A stretch of DNA of 64,000 nt, taken from a virus. The notes beneath the pieces were generated by a model, which was not told the origin of the DNA, searched no databases, and saw only the letters and a program-made list of their open reading frames with translations. The stretch lies in the IMG/VR virus record IMGVR_UViG_3300042516_004698, positions 1 to 64,000 of that record; one strand, written 5' to 3'. The translations under genes and the position numbers were made by a program. Every line of letters begins with the position of its first letter. The first letter of the stretch is position 1. Below are positions 26,569 to 37,046 of this stretch, piece after piece.

Positions 26569-29500
26569 ATGAGTCAATTCGGCATTCCGGGGTACGCGAC
26601 GCAGCCTCAAATATCAGGCATGCCGGGCCCGAACTACGCGCCGTTCGGCCAGATGGGCAATCCGGGCCTCGACATGATGCTGTCGACCTTCGCCGCGCCG
26701 ATGCTGCAGACGTTTATGGGCGGAAAATTCCTCCCGCAGCAGTTTCCGGCGCAGGGGCTTTTAGACCAAATGGTATCGGCCAAATGGCAGCAGGCGTCCC
26801 GGGCGAATTTAGGGCAAGCGCAATCTGTAGACCAGCAGGCGATTTACCGCAAGATGGTCGGCATGCGCAGCCAGTTCACCGACAAGCCGATGACGGAGCT
26901 ACAAGAATCGCATTTAAACACGTTTGCTAGCGTTGTGAGTAATCCAGCCGCGATGGGCATGTTTGAGATGGCCCTCGGCGCCCAGAACACCGAAGACCTG
27001 TTTTTCGGGCGGCGCGGCAGCGCTACACGGCTTGCCAGCGCCGTGAACCGCATCGGTTTTTCACGGTCGGACTCTATAACCGGCAAAGACCGTATGAGCG
27101 AGGATTCTCTTAAGGCGTTCTCGTCAGATATTTACAGTAATTTGTACGGCCCTGACGCTGATCTGAATGACGTCTCAGGGTTCTCTGCAGGCCGCGTAGG
27201 CGACATTATGACGGACTTGGCGCAGCGCAAGCTGCTGCCAGCCAGTATGAGCAAATTAACCGCCAGAGAGCGTCGTACGGCGTTTCAGGAGGCCGGCGGG
27301 GCTAGTATGACGTTTTCAGAAAACGCGGCGGACGATCAGGCTATTAAAAACGCCATGGGCCGCGGCGAGAGCATTGAAAACATAACAAAACTAACCGGCG
27401 GGGCAGAAGCAGTACGAAAAGTAGACGCTACACGCGTGTCTAATTCAATTAAGGGCTACACAGACGCGCTTGGCGCCGTACGCGAGATATTTGGCGACAA
27501 CGGTATGACAAACGCTCCAATGCAGCAGCTTTTAGCCGCCATGGAAGGTCTGACGCAAAATTCAATGTCGTCGATGTCGCCGGGGAAGATTGAAAACGTA
27601 ATGCGGCGCACGCAAATGGCTTCCCGTGACGCAGGCGTGAGTTTAGAGGCGCTGATGGGCCTGTCTGCGCGTGGCGGGGCCTTGGCGCAGCAATACGGCT
27701 TAGCTCCCGAGCTGGCCAGCGGCAGCGTTATAACTGCGATGGAGCAAAGCAAGGCCATGGAAGATACAGGGCGCTTCACGCCAGCGTTCGGCCGGATGGA
27801 TCCCAATAAAGCAGCGTTGACTGTTTTAGATCAGTCAATGCGCGCTGACGCCTCGCCGGTCGGCAGGTATCTCGCGGTGGCCAGCCGGCTAATGGCCGAA
27901 AGCGGCGGCAAAGGTAAGTTCGCGGGCAGTAACATGGCCAAAATGGTCGAGGCTATGCAACGCGGTGAAACTTCGTATTACGACGAAACAGAAAAACGCA
28001 GCGTTAACATATACGAAGAGTTCGGCCGCGATCCAGATAAAATTATGCGCCGTATGCTGCAAGAAACCGGGACGTCGGTCGATAGGTTTGGCGCGCTTTA
28101 CCGCGATAAGAATACGCAAGAGTTTCAGATTGCTGGCGCAGCACGTAGCGCGCAAGCAGAAGGGCTTAAGTCAAAGCTCGGCGGTTATCTTGCGAGTCAA
28201 ACAGGCATTGCGGAGCGTATCGGCGGCGGCTTAGACGAGGCGCAACGTGGCGCGCTTAGTCAGCAGATTGGCAAAGGATTGTCTACAGCGCTTATCGACG
28301 ACGTTAATCACACAATGGACCCGCAAGAGCGTTTAGCGGTATTAAAAAACGCGTTCAACCAGTCAGCCATTAATTACGCCCGCCAGCACCTCGGCGAAGG
28401 GGCGAGCGCCGACGAAGTAATGGCGTACGCGCAGACAATATCGAAAACCGGTAAAGACAATATCATGGGCTTCAAGACCGACGAGGATCTTGAAGAGTTT
28501 TTATCGACGCGGCAAGCAAACGCGGGCACATTCACAGACCGCAAATACGGGCAAAATATAGAAGCAATGCGGCAAACGTATAACGCGCGGACACTTGCGG
28601 AAGGACAGAATCGCACCCGGCGAAATATTAATCGAGCGGGCATGAGCGACAGGATGCGGCTCGATGACGGCAGTAATTTATTTCAGCGCTTTTCCGACAT
28701 GCTTGGCGGTAAAGGCAGCGGCACGGCATTAGAGCAGGTACTCGGCGCTATCGACTCTAAAGACATGCAAGCCAAATTAATGGAAGGCGTCACAGGCGGT
28801 AAAGCCGGGCTCGAGGCGGCGTTTGATGACATCAAGACTGCGTACTCTGCCGGCACAGTCGACACCGAAAAAGAGAAAAATGATCTTATCGCGTCTACGA
28901 CGAACAGCAACTTCAGCAAAGTTGCTGAACAGTTCACGGGAACAGACGCCGAGAAGGAATTTAAAAACAAAACACGTTACATGAAAGACGCGGAGGTCGC
29001 AAAGGCGCTGGATAAAGCGACTAATACCAACAATATTAAAGACGTTGTAGCTATTTACAAACGCTACAACCAAGATCTTTCGCAAGCAGAAGCCGAGGCT
29101 ATATTCGCAGATCCGGCAAAACGACAACAAGCAATGGCGCAGCTGTCGCAGATTGACGGCATACAAGCTGAGTTTGAGAAGCGGGGAATCAAAACAGAGA
29201 TCGGCGCGGACGTAATGACGCAAGCGCAGCTCACCAGAATAACTAAAAATACAGACGCATTCGGTAAGGACGTGGATAGGAACCGTGTTACTGGGCTTAT
29301 GAAGCTTGCGGAAGGGTGGGACAAGGGTGACGCGAAAGGCAAGAACGTACTCGCTGCCTATGGCGTGACAAAAGACGACGCCGCGCTTACCAAAGCCATG
29401 GACGCGTTCATGGATAAATCTGGCAATATCGACGCGGTGTCTGCGCGCTTAAAACAGCTCGGAATAGACGACGCGCAAATCCAAAAGATTGTTGCTACTA

Positions 29501-30108
29501 CAGAGTTCTCTCGCAACGTTAACGACCAAGGCGGGTTTAGAGATAACGGCGGCGGCGCAAAAGCTGAAGAGGTAGCGGGTAGAGCGGGTAGACAAACGGC
29601 TTTTGAAAAAGCTGTGAAAGAAGACCGCGTTAAAGGCAGTATGGCTGATTTAGTTAGGCGCCAACAAAAGGGCGAAAAGCTTAGTGACGAAGAAAAAAAA
29701 GCGCTAAAAGATTTTTACTCGTCTGAAGACAAATTTGATGCGGGACTGAAAAAAGAAGATTCAGGCAAAGCCGGCGACGCGTCATCAGAAATAACACGCA
29801 CGCAAATTAAAAAAGAAGCTCAAGCGTTAACCGACAAAGCCACTTCCGCCGCTGACCCGACGGGGATAGGCGCGGCTGTGTCATCAGCTATCGGGCCGGC
29901 AATAGCTGACGCGTTTAAGACAGCTATTTCTGAGCTCGCTAAGCTGGCCGGGCCCGGCAAAGAACTAGTAGTAACAGGTTCGCTCTCGCTTGTCGGCCTC
30001 GACAAGGTAATAGCCGACCTGACAGGTAAACCACAAGTAGAAGCCACTCCCGCAGGTCCGCCTACGGTCGCGCCGGGCAATTCGCGCTTTGGCGCTACAC
30101 AGATGTAA
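26569..30108 (+). CDS. tape measure protein
   Basis: 1179 aa, helical Ala/Gly/Met/Gln-rich, between chaperones and baseplate genes. Confidence 0.75.
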   Translation: MSQFGIPGYATQPQISGMPGPNYAPFGQMGNPGLDMMLSTFAAPMLQTFMGGKFLPQQFPAQGLLDQMVSAKWQQASRANLGQAQSVDQQAIYRKMVGMRSQFTDKPMTELQESHLNTFASVVSNPAAMGMFEMALGAQNTEDLFFGRRGSATRLASAVNRIGFSRSDSITGKDRMSEDSLKAFSSDIYSNLYGPDADLNDVSGFSAGRVGDIMTDLAQRKLLPASMSKLTARERRTAFQEAGGASMTFSENAADDQAIKNAMGRGESIENITKLTGGAEAVRKVDATRVSNSIKGYTDALGAVREIFGDNGMTNAPMQQLLAAMEGLTQNSMSSMSPGKIENVMRRTQMASRDAGVSLEALMGLSARGGALAQQYGLAPELASGSVITAMEQSKAMEDTGRFTPAFGRMDPNKAALTVLDQSMRADASPVGRYLAVASRLMAESGGKGKFAGSNMAKMVEAMQRGETSYYDETEKRSVNIYEEFGRDPDKIMRRMLQETGTSVDRFGALYRDKNTQEFQIAGAARSAQAEGLKSKLGGYLASQTGIAERIGGGLDEAQRGALSQQIGKGLSTALIDDVNHTMDPQERLAVLKNAFNQSAINYARQHLGEGASADEVMAYAQTISKTGKDNIMGFKTDEDLEEFLSTRQANAGTFTDRKYGQNIEAMRQTYNARTLAEGQNRTRRNINRAGMSDRMRLDDGSNLFQRFSDMLGGKGSGTALEQVLGAIDSKDMQAKLMEGVTGGKAGLEAAFDDIKTAYSAGTVDTEKEKNDLIASTTNSNFSKVAEQFTGTDAEKEFKNKTRYMKDAEVAKALDKATNTNNIKDVVAIYKRYNQDLSQAEAEAIFADPAKRQQAMAQLSQIDGIQAEFEKRGIKTEIGADVMTQAQLTRITKNTDAFGKDVDRNRVTGLMKLAEGWDKGDAKGKNVLAAYGVTKDDAALTKAMDAFMDKSGNIDAVSARLKQLGIDDAQIQKIVATTEFSRNVNDQGGFRDNGGGAKAEEVAGRAGRQTAFEKAVKEDRVKGSMADLVRRQQKGEKLSDEEKKALKDFYSSEDKFDAGLKKEDSGKAGDASSEITRTQIKKEAQALTDKATSAADPTGIGAAVSSAIGPAIADAFKTAISELAKLAGPGKELVVTGSLSLVGLDKVIADLTGKPQVEATPAGPPTVAPGNSRFGATQM

Positions 30109-30122
30109 TACGGAACTCAACT

Positions 30123-30830
30123 ATGTCAATATTTGGAAGCGACAGCGCGGGAAGCGTAGTTCGCGTCACGGCAAACCCGGACGTCAACGACGTTATTGTT
30201 ATACGTGTCGACAACTTCGAAGATAGCGCAATGTTCAATGTGCCGGTTACAGGCTACACGCTCGAGTTAAGCACAAATCATCAATTTTTACACACGCTTG
30301 ATGAGTTTATTTACGCGTTTGCGTTTGGCGACCGAATCGGCGAGCTGACGCTCACGGGCATCGCGTTTACTGCTCCCGCGTGCTCGGCGGCCGGCGCCGG
30401 CGGTTTTGCGCAAAGAAATATAACGGACGAGGTAAAACAGGAAAATGTTTACGAGTTTTACTTAGCCAACAAATTCTCGCGGTCATTGCGCCCGACCAAA
30501 ATTCAAATTGGCGGCAGTAAAGTGCAGCTTGTCGGGTTTTTAACTGGTATGCGTATGGAGGTACCCAACCCGCAGTTGCCTATCATGCAGTGGGCTTTGC
30601 GCTTCAATGTCGTCGTAGACCCGGGCGGCACTGCAACGACAGCTAGTTCGGGGGGCGGGGGAGGTGGAACTGGCCGCAGCGGGGGCACCGGCGGCAACAC
30701 GCGCCCCGGCCCGGGTCAAGGCCGGTTAAACCCGAACAACCCATCCGGCTGGGACGTGGTTGACGATTTTCTTGATACGTTTGTTAATACGGCAACTGGC
30801 GTACTTACTGACACGTTTTTAGGCGACTAA
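30123..30830 (+). CDS. putative tail tube initiator / baseplate protein
   Basis: Follows the tape measure; FGDRIGELTLTG tube-like motif. Confidence 0.55.
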   Translation: MSIFGSDSAGSVVRVTANPDVNDVIVIRVDNFEDSAMFNVPVTGYTLELSTNHQFLHTLDEFIYAFAFGDRIGELTLTGIAFTAPACSAAGAGGFAQRNITDEVKQENVYEFYLANKFSRSLRPTKIQIGGSKVQLVGFLTGMRMEVPNPQLPIMQWALRFNVVVDPGGTATTASSGGGGGGTGRSGGTGGNTRPGPGQGRLNPNNPSGWDVVDDFLDTFVNTATGVLTDTFLGD

Positions 30831-31822
30831 TGATAAACCACGCACGCACATTACTACTAAACGTCGACTCGCGCACATACATGCCCGATGTGCTCGGGGA
30901 AGAGTACATACCGGCCTATCAGGCGGCTGCGCTGCCAACGTATCTAACCACTGCGCGCAAACTGCTGCTTGGATCTGCGCCTGACCGCGTGTTCCTAAAC
31001 TTTCGTACGCAAGAGCTGTTGAGCTTTATTCATCGCACAGAGCTAGCCGAATTTGTGTACGCGCTTGATCCACGTGTGACGTATTGGCCAAAACCGCAGT
31101 CTGAATTTTTTCGCGCGAAGACGACAATCACAACGCTAAAGACAGTTGGAACAGACGAGTCGCGGCTGTACATAAACGGCGTGCTCAAACCAGACAACAG
31201 CAAAGGGCGCGCGTTTAAAGAATACACCGTAAAACTCATCAATAATACGACAGCGTCCGCAACTGTCGAAATAGTTAGCGATAACGGCGCCGCTGTTGAT
31301 ACGCAAATAATAGAGTGGCTAGCTACGACTCCGGATACCGCCGGCGCCGACGTAACGTTTACGGGTATGTCTAATCAAATTGCGTTACCTAATACTGAGC
31401 TTACGCTGCAGCTGGTGGCCGGGAATCTCAACTTGAACATATTGGCGTTTGAAGATTTTGTAAACACAGTTGCAGAGACCGGGCTTGTATTCAGCAACAT
31501 AGCTTTAGAAAAAGGTGTAGACCCAATGGCGCTACGCGCCGCCCCGCCCGTGTTAAAAGTAGTTGAAGATCGTGTCGTGCTGGCTGAGTGGCTGCTGCAA
31601 CTTTACGCAAAACCTGACAGCGCGATATCTGCTTGCCTGCCTCGTCTAGACTTTCTAGGCGAGCCGTTTTATCTTGAGCTATTCGGCGTGGGTAATACAG
31701 TTGAGCCGTACGCTACGTTTAAAAATATTTGGTTCAACCACCCAAGCGCCGCGTATCGCCTTGCGGTGTTTACGTTAGCCGTAATCTACCGTACAAACGA
31801 GCTGAGGTTACAAAATGGCTAA
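30830..31822 (+). CDS. hypothetical baseplate-region protein
   Basis: Translationally coupled long ORF. Confidence 0.65.
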   Translation: MINHARTLLLNVDSRTYMPDVLGEEYIPAYQAAALPTYLTTARKLLLGSAPDRVFLNFRTQELLSFIHRTELAEFVYALDPRVTYWPKPQSEFFRAKTTITTLKTVGTDESRLYINGVLKPDNSKGRAFKEYTVKLINNTTASATVEIVSDNGAAVDTQIIEWLATTPDTAGADVTFTGMSNQIALPNTELTLQLVAGNLNLNILAFEDFVNTVAETGLVFSNIALEKGVDPMALRAAPPVLKVVEDRVVLAEWLLQLYAKPDSAISACLPRLDFLGEPFYLELFGVGNTVEPYATFKNIWFNHPSAAYRLAVFTLAVIYRTNELRLQNG

Positions 31823-33545
31823 AGAACCGTACGTATCAGCAAAATTCAAAGTCTGGGCGATATTTACAACCGACTCCGGCGAGATTGTGTTTAACGACGT
31901 TGTAGCCGTTTCGGCTTCTTTTGCCTTAAACACAATCCCTACGGCGTCGCTTGTGGTCGCGGTTGGAACGAATGCTATTACAAACGAGCCGGCCACTATT
32001 CACGCAGCGCAATCACGCATTAAACCGCGCGACAAGGTTATTGTTAAGTTGCAGGTTACGCACGGCGCTGGGGACAACACAAAATTTCCAAACGGCACGT
32101 ACACAATATTTGACGGATTTTTTGTCGGTATCGGCTACCAACGATCACACAATCAAGCCAATTTTGTGCTGAACCTAACGCACTGGCTCGATGATTTGAA
32201 TAATTCGTCAGCCGTTAACGGTAACTGGTTTCCGAGCGTTCCGTTTGATTACGCGCAATCGGCTGTGTACGACAAAATCGCTAGCGCAGACGCATACGCC
32301 CCGAACCCGACAGTTGCAGCAGATTTTGCAACGCCGGAGTTTGTGCAAGAAGATTTGTGGGAGAGCGTGATAAAAAAACTGTTCGTCCGTCTTGCTGGTA
32401 TGTCTGGCGGGTTGGTCGCAGAATCGAACCGCAATGCTGTTACAAATTCTGCCGCATTAGCCGCGCTTGACCGCATGCCCGGTGACGGTATCGCGTACTA
32501 CAAAAAACTGGGGTTTAAAATAAAAGCGATCGGCGGAGAAAATCTAGCTGATTCTTTCGGCAAATATTTTACCAAAACCATCGGGACGTCGTTTGCGCAA
32601 AATACATTTTGGGCAAAACTAGTGGCTGAGTACTCCTCACAGTTCTTTTTCTCTGTTTCGCCAGCCGTTAGTTGGGCGATGCCTATTCCGTTCTGCGCCG
32701 GTTTACGCTGGGCCGCCGGCGGGAAAGAAATTAAATCAGATGAATACAATTACGCCAACTTTAACGCAAACACGCCACAGCTGATACGCTCGGTAGAGAT
32801 CGCGTATGCTGCCACGGAAATGAACGGCTTGCCGATGCCCCCACCTAACGATGACGACGTCGATCCGCCGCGTTCTTTTTTCTACCCGTGCGGTATATAC
32901 CCGCCAGCTACAGCCGATGCGCGAGGCAGAAAACAACCGGACAGGGGGCTGCGTCTATTTAAAATGCCGCCAAACTGGGCGGAGAATATCGACGGCAGCT
33001 CATTAGTGGCGCTGTCGGGGACGACTGACGCCGCCGCTACAACGGACTCCGGCGGTGATGACGCGGGTAAAAGCCGCCCAGCTGGCGTAAAGAGCGCGTC
33101 GGCCGCAGCAGACGCGACCTTGCCGTCTGTGCATCTATTCGCGCAACACTGGTATGTAACGGAGGTGTTGCAGCAGAGGTACGGTGAGTTGTCAGGAGCG
33201 CTGCGGTTTGACATCGCGCCCGGCAGCATCGTTAAAATTAGAACCCCTGCCCGCGATACAGCGCTAAACAACCCAACCGCTGATCCGGATGAAGAGCATG
33301 TTGTGGCGTCAGTTATATCAGTGTCATACGTTATTAACGCAGAACGGGCTACCGCCGGTACATCGTTTGCAATAGCGCACACTAAAATAAAGAGCGAGTT
33401 GCAGCCAGACTCTATTTATGCCGTAGACACGCCGCCGTTGTATAAAGAAGCGTGGCACGGCGGCCCGCTTGCAGTCATGGACACGGCGCCCGCAGGTGTC
33501 GGTGACACTAATGTAAGCATTCCAGACAGCACAACGATAGTCTGA
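31815..33545 (+). CDS. putative baseplate hub protein (gp27/gpD-like)
   Basis: IFDGFFVG near the N-terminus; LRFDIAPGSIVKI and VISVSYVI near the C-terminus. Confidence 0.55.
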   Translation: MAKEPYVSAKFKVWAIFTTDSGEIVFNDVVAVSASFALNTIPTASLVVAVGTNAITNEPATIHAAQSRIKPRDKVIVKLQVTHGAGDNTKFPNGTYTIFDGFFVGIGYQRSHNQANFVLNLTHWLDDLNNSSAVNGNWFPSVPFDYAQSAVYDKIASADAYAPNPTVAADFATPEFVQEDLWESVIKKLFVRLAGMSGGLVAESNRNAVTNSAALAALDRMPGDGIAYYKKLGFKIKAIGGENLADSFGKYFTKTIGTSFAQNTFWAKLVAEYSSQFFFSVSPAVSWAMPIPFCAGLRWAAGGKEIKSDEYNYANFNANTPQLIRSVEIAYAATEMNGLPMPPPNDDDVDPPRSFFYPCGIYPPATADARGRKQPDRGLRLFKMPPNWAENIDGSSLVALSGTTDAAATTDSGGDDAGKSRPAGVKSASAAADATLPSVHLFAQHWYVTEVLQQRYGELSGALRFDIAPGSIVKIRTPARDTALNNPTADPDEEHVVASVISVSYVINAERATAGTSFAIAHTKIKSELQPDSIYAVDTPPLYKEAWHGGPLAVMDTAPAGVGDTNVSIPDSTTIV

Positions 33546-33553
33546 GGTCAATA

Positions 33554-34348
33554 ATGGCAGCACAACAAAAGCAAATTACGTCAATCCTCGGCGATACGCC
33601 AGCGCCGTTTTCGCAGCAGCACCACACCGGGGTGGAGAATGATTTTGCTAGCACACACCAGATGTGGCAAAAAAATCAAACACCCGCTATGAACACAAAG
33701 ATGCTCGCGGCTATACAACCTACTATCGATACGGCTGTATCTAGCTACGTCGGTCAAAATCCGTCGGCGGCGCTCAAAACACGAGCAAAACTGATGGCGC
33801 TGAAAGCCATGCAAAACTTTGATCCTGCGCGTGGCAATGTACGTACGCACTTACTTTCGCAGATGCAGAGTTTGCGCAGATTATCAGCACAAGAGCAAAA
33901 CATTATCGGTGTACCTGAGCAGGTCGGCCTAGACTACCAACACTTGGCCGAAGCTGAACGCGAATTGCAGGACAGCCTAAGCCGCGATCCGTCAGACGAT
34001 GAAATAGCAAACGCCACAGGTCTGTCAGTACGCCGTATCAATAAAATACGCGCGTTTCATAAGCCGATTGCCGAGGGATCCACGATTATTGAGAACGAGG
34101 ATGACTATTCAGACGGCGGAGTAGCGAGTAAAGTGCCGGGCCAAACAAATGCGCAAGATGCGTGGATGGATTTTGTGTACGGTGACTTAACGCCAACAAA
34201 TAAGCTAATTATGGACATGTCGCTTGGCCGCAATGGGCGCCGCAAGGCAAGCGTACAAGAGATAGCGCAACGGCTCAATGTCACGCCGGGCGCAGTCAGT
34301 CAGCGGGCGGCAAAAATTCAAGCAATGCTAAACAAAAACGCACTTTAG
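33554..34348 (+). CDS. RNA polymerase sigma factor, sigma-70 family, FliA/WhiG-like
   Basis: Region 2 FDPARGNVRTHL; region 3 LSRDPSDDEIANATGLS; region 4 HTH SVQEIAQRLNVTPGAVSQR. Confidence 0.85.
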   Translation: MAAQQKQITSILGDTPAPFSQQHHTGVENDFASTHQMWQKNQTPAMNTKMLAAIQPTIDTAVSSYVGQNPSAALKTRAKLMALKAMQNFDPARGNVRTHLLSQMQSLRRLSAQEQNIIGVPEQVGLDYQHLAEAERELQDSLSRDPSDDEIANATGLSVRRINKIRAFHKPIAEGSTIIENEDDYSDGGVASKVPGQTNAQDAWMDFVYGDLTPTNKLIMDMSLGRNGRRKASVQEIAQRLNVTPGAVSQRAAKIQAMLNKNAL

Positions 34349-34356
34349 GAATAAAC

Positions 34357-34860
34357 ATGGGACACGGCGTAGTAAAAAGTAAGCTGATCGATTCGTTTAA
34401 GCAGCGCATTGCCGACTTAGAAAACAAAGCGCGCGAACAGAGCGATTATTTCCGCAGGCACGGGACTACGCGTCCATGGCACACGCCAGACGCGATGGCC
34501 GACCGCGATCTTCTAGACGTACCGGCGCTGCACGAACCTGCATGGAACCGCGACGACGCTAACAGAATTTATGCTCAGGACGTGTTGGCAGCTACAGCAG
34601 AGAATAAAGCCGGAACGCAAGGCGACATTATTGCATTAAAGCGCCAAATTGACTTTATGGCTGCAGAAGAACGTGCGTGGCGCGCGCGGCACGCGTCGTT
34701 TGCGCGGTGTGCGGCGCACGCCCACGGGCGGTTAGACGGCCACGGGGCGCCAAACGCGGGCGTATTTTCACGCGTACAGACTGCCGCCGATAACGCGCGG
34801 CTGCGCGGTCAATCTTCAAGGCGCGTCGATCCGAGCTTGTCCGCCGAATACGTCGCGTAG
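34357..34860 (+). CDS. hypothetical protein
   Basis: AGGA SD; fills the operon. Confidence 0.65.
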   Translation: MGHGVVKSKLIDSFKQRIADLENKAREQSDYFRRHGTTRPWHTPDAMADRDLLDVPALHEPAWNRDDANRIYAQDVLAATAENKAGTQGDIIALKRQIDFMAAEERAWRARHASFARCAAHAHGRLDGHGAPNAGVFSRVQTAADNARLRGQSSRRVDPSLSAEYVA

Positions 34861-34870
34861 TGAGGGAAAC

Positions 34871-35350
34871 ATGGCACTAATCGATTACGCAAACCGCAAA
34901 TACGACTTTTTAGCGTTGCAGAATATCCGGCCGTTCAACGAGACGTTGCTTGGATTAGAACTAGCAACACCAAAAAATAGCGGGCAAATAGCAACCGGAC
35001 CGCAGAAACTTGTCCAGCGCTGGTTACTTGAATTTTTAACTGAGCTCGGCTCCATGCCCGGCCTGCCAAACCGCGGCACGAACTTTATGACGCTCGTACG
35101 GCAGGGCCGATTAAGGACAGAAACTGCAGTGTTGTCGGCATTTAATTTTGCTGCCTATGACGCGCGCGTGAATCTTATCAAAGAAGAAGACGACACGTGG
35201 GTCGACGACGAGCGTATCGGCTCGGCCGACTTGCTTTCAATAGCGTTTCTTCCCGGATACGCGCAAATAAAGTTTACGCTATCGAGCCGAGCCGGCTCCA
35301 CACGAGCTATAATCTTACCAGTGGCTACATTACCCAAAAACTTGACGTGA
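34871..35350 (+). CDS. baseplate wedge protein, gp25-like
   Basis: GPQKLVQRWLLEFLTELGSMPGLPNRGT; precedes the J-like gene. Confidence 0.7.
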   Translation: MALIDYANRKYDFLALQNIRPFNETLLGLELATPKNSGQIATGPQKLVQRWLLEFLTELGSMPGLPNRGTNFMTLVRQGRLRTETAVLSAFNFAAYDARVNLIKEEDDTWVDDERIGSADLLSIAFLPGYAQIKFTLSSRAGSTRAIILPVATLPKNLT

Positions 35351-35354
35351 TATT

Positions 35355-37034
35355 ATGAGCCTACAGATAACGAGTTTTACCGAGTTAGATAACACGCGTG
35401 TGCAGGAATTATTAACGCTGTTTTCTACATGGATGAAAGAGCGGCACCCAGAGGTAGAGCTGTCACGCGGCGTATTTCACGACCTTGTGCTGTACTTTAA
35501 CAGCGTGCTGAACGCGGCTGTACAAGAGAACATAAGCCGCGTTATGCAAAGCAACAGCTTATTGGCTATCACGCAGAACCCGAGCCTGTCTGATAGCACG
35601 CTTGTCGACAAGGTTTTGTCTAATTTCAACCTGACCCGTGAAACAGGCACAAGCGCCACCGGCGAGGTAGTCGTTATTGTTAATCAAGCTGTCCCCACGC
35701 AGATTAGCCTAAACACAAAACTTGTTGCAAACGGTGTTACCTTTTATCCGGCGCGCACGTTCGTCGGCATTCCTCCCGGGCAAGACGCCACGGCAACAAA
35801 CGCCCGCGCGATGGTTGCCGGCGGCAACGGCACTTACGCGTTTAAGATAACCGTTTTCGCAGATAGTGCTGGAACAGCCGGCAATATTCCGCGCGGTACA
35901 AAGCTCATTCCTGACGTCGTACCGAGCAACGTAGCCGACACATACGCTGCTGCTGACTTCACTAAGGGCGTAGATCCGCCGACAAACGCGGAATATATCA
36001 CAAAACTACCTGACGGACTTTCAGCTAAAACAATTGGCGGCAAAAAGGCGTTCACAGCCCTTATCCGCGCCCAGCCAGATTTCCAAAACATTCGCCATTT
36101 GTCTGTCGTCGGTTTTGGCGACGCGGAACAGATGCGAGACCAGCACGGTTTATTCCCGGTCTCTGGCGGCGGGCGAGTGGATATCTACACGCAGACGCAC
36201 GAAATAGCGCAGCACACCGATAACTTTTTAACCGCTACGTATATTGGCCCTGCCGCTCCCGGCGATCAAACAGCCGGAACAGTCTGGCAAATCGCTATAG
36301 ACCGCGATCAGGCGCCGGGTTTTTACGCTATCACACGTATTGCCAAAATTAATGATACGCAAAACTCGGGTTATGCGATCAGAACAGCTGTACCCGGTTA
36401 TAGGCTAGCTGCAGCTACGGGCGCAGCGGTCAGCGACTATCTTCCAGACATCCAAACGCTGGAGGAAAGCGCGTTTACCCGGTACAAAACACTGACTGTA
36501 CAGTTTGTTGACGTAGACACCATGCCGGGCAGTCTTGTGCCGCGGCAAAGCACTGTTGACTACAGCGTCACAACAGTTGGCATGCCGTTGATTGGGCAGC
36601 TACAGGATTTTCTTGCCAGCAAAGACATCCGATGCCGCACAGCTGACGTGCTCGTAAAGGCAGCTATCCCGTGCTTTACTAGTATTGCGTTCAAAATCAG
36701 GCGGGCAGCTAACGAAGTAAACCCCGATTTTGCGGCTATCAAAGAAGCCATTGTGACAGCTATTTCCAAGATAGGCTTTGCTGGGCAGTTGTCTGCTTCT
36801 GTAATTAGCAGTGTCGCGCATCAGTTTCTGACGGGTACGCAGTCTGTCGGCAGTATAGACATGTTCGGGAAAATTCTGCGGCCGGATGGGCAAGTTGTGT
36901 ACATTCGCGATGGCGCGCGCATTGTTGTGCCTGACGATCCGACGCACATGGTCAGCGCGAAGACAGTTGTATTTCTGACCTCCGTAGACGACATCGAAAT
37001 TGCGCCCGAAATCATATCGAGTTACGGCGACTGA
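35355..37034 (+). CDS. baseplate J-like wedge protein (gp6-like)
   Basis: NLTRETGTSATG, AGTAGNIPRGT, FTKGVDPPTN, GGRVDIY motifs. Confidence 0.8.
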   Translation: MSLQITSFTELDNTRVQELLTLFSTWMKERHPEVELSRGVFHDLVLYFNSVLNAAVQENISRVMQSNSLLAITQNPSLSDSTLVDKVLSNFNLTRETGTSATGEVVVIVNQAVPTQISLNTKLVANGVTFYPARTFVGIPPGQDATATNARAMVAGGNGTYAFKITVFADSAGTAGNIPRGTKLIPDVVPSNVADTYAAADFTKGVDPPTNAEYITKLPDGLSAKTIGGKKAFTALIRAQPDFQNIRHLSVVGFGDAEQMRDQHGLFPVSGGGRVDIYTQTHEIAQHTDNFLTATYIGPAAPGDQTAGTVWQIAIDRDQAPGFYAITRIAKINDTQNSGYAIRTAVPGYRLAAATGAAVSDYLPDIQTLEESAFTRYKTLTVQFVDVDTMPGSLVPRQSTVDYSVTTVGMPLIGQLQDFLASKDIRCRTADVLVKAAIPCFTSIAFKIRRAANEVNPDFAAIKEAIVTAISKIGFAGQLSASVISSVAHQFLTGTQSVGSIDMFGKILRPDGQVVYIRDGARIVVPDDPTHMVSAKTVVFLTSVDDIEIAPEIISSYGD

Positions 37035-37046
37035 CTGGCGGCATAA

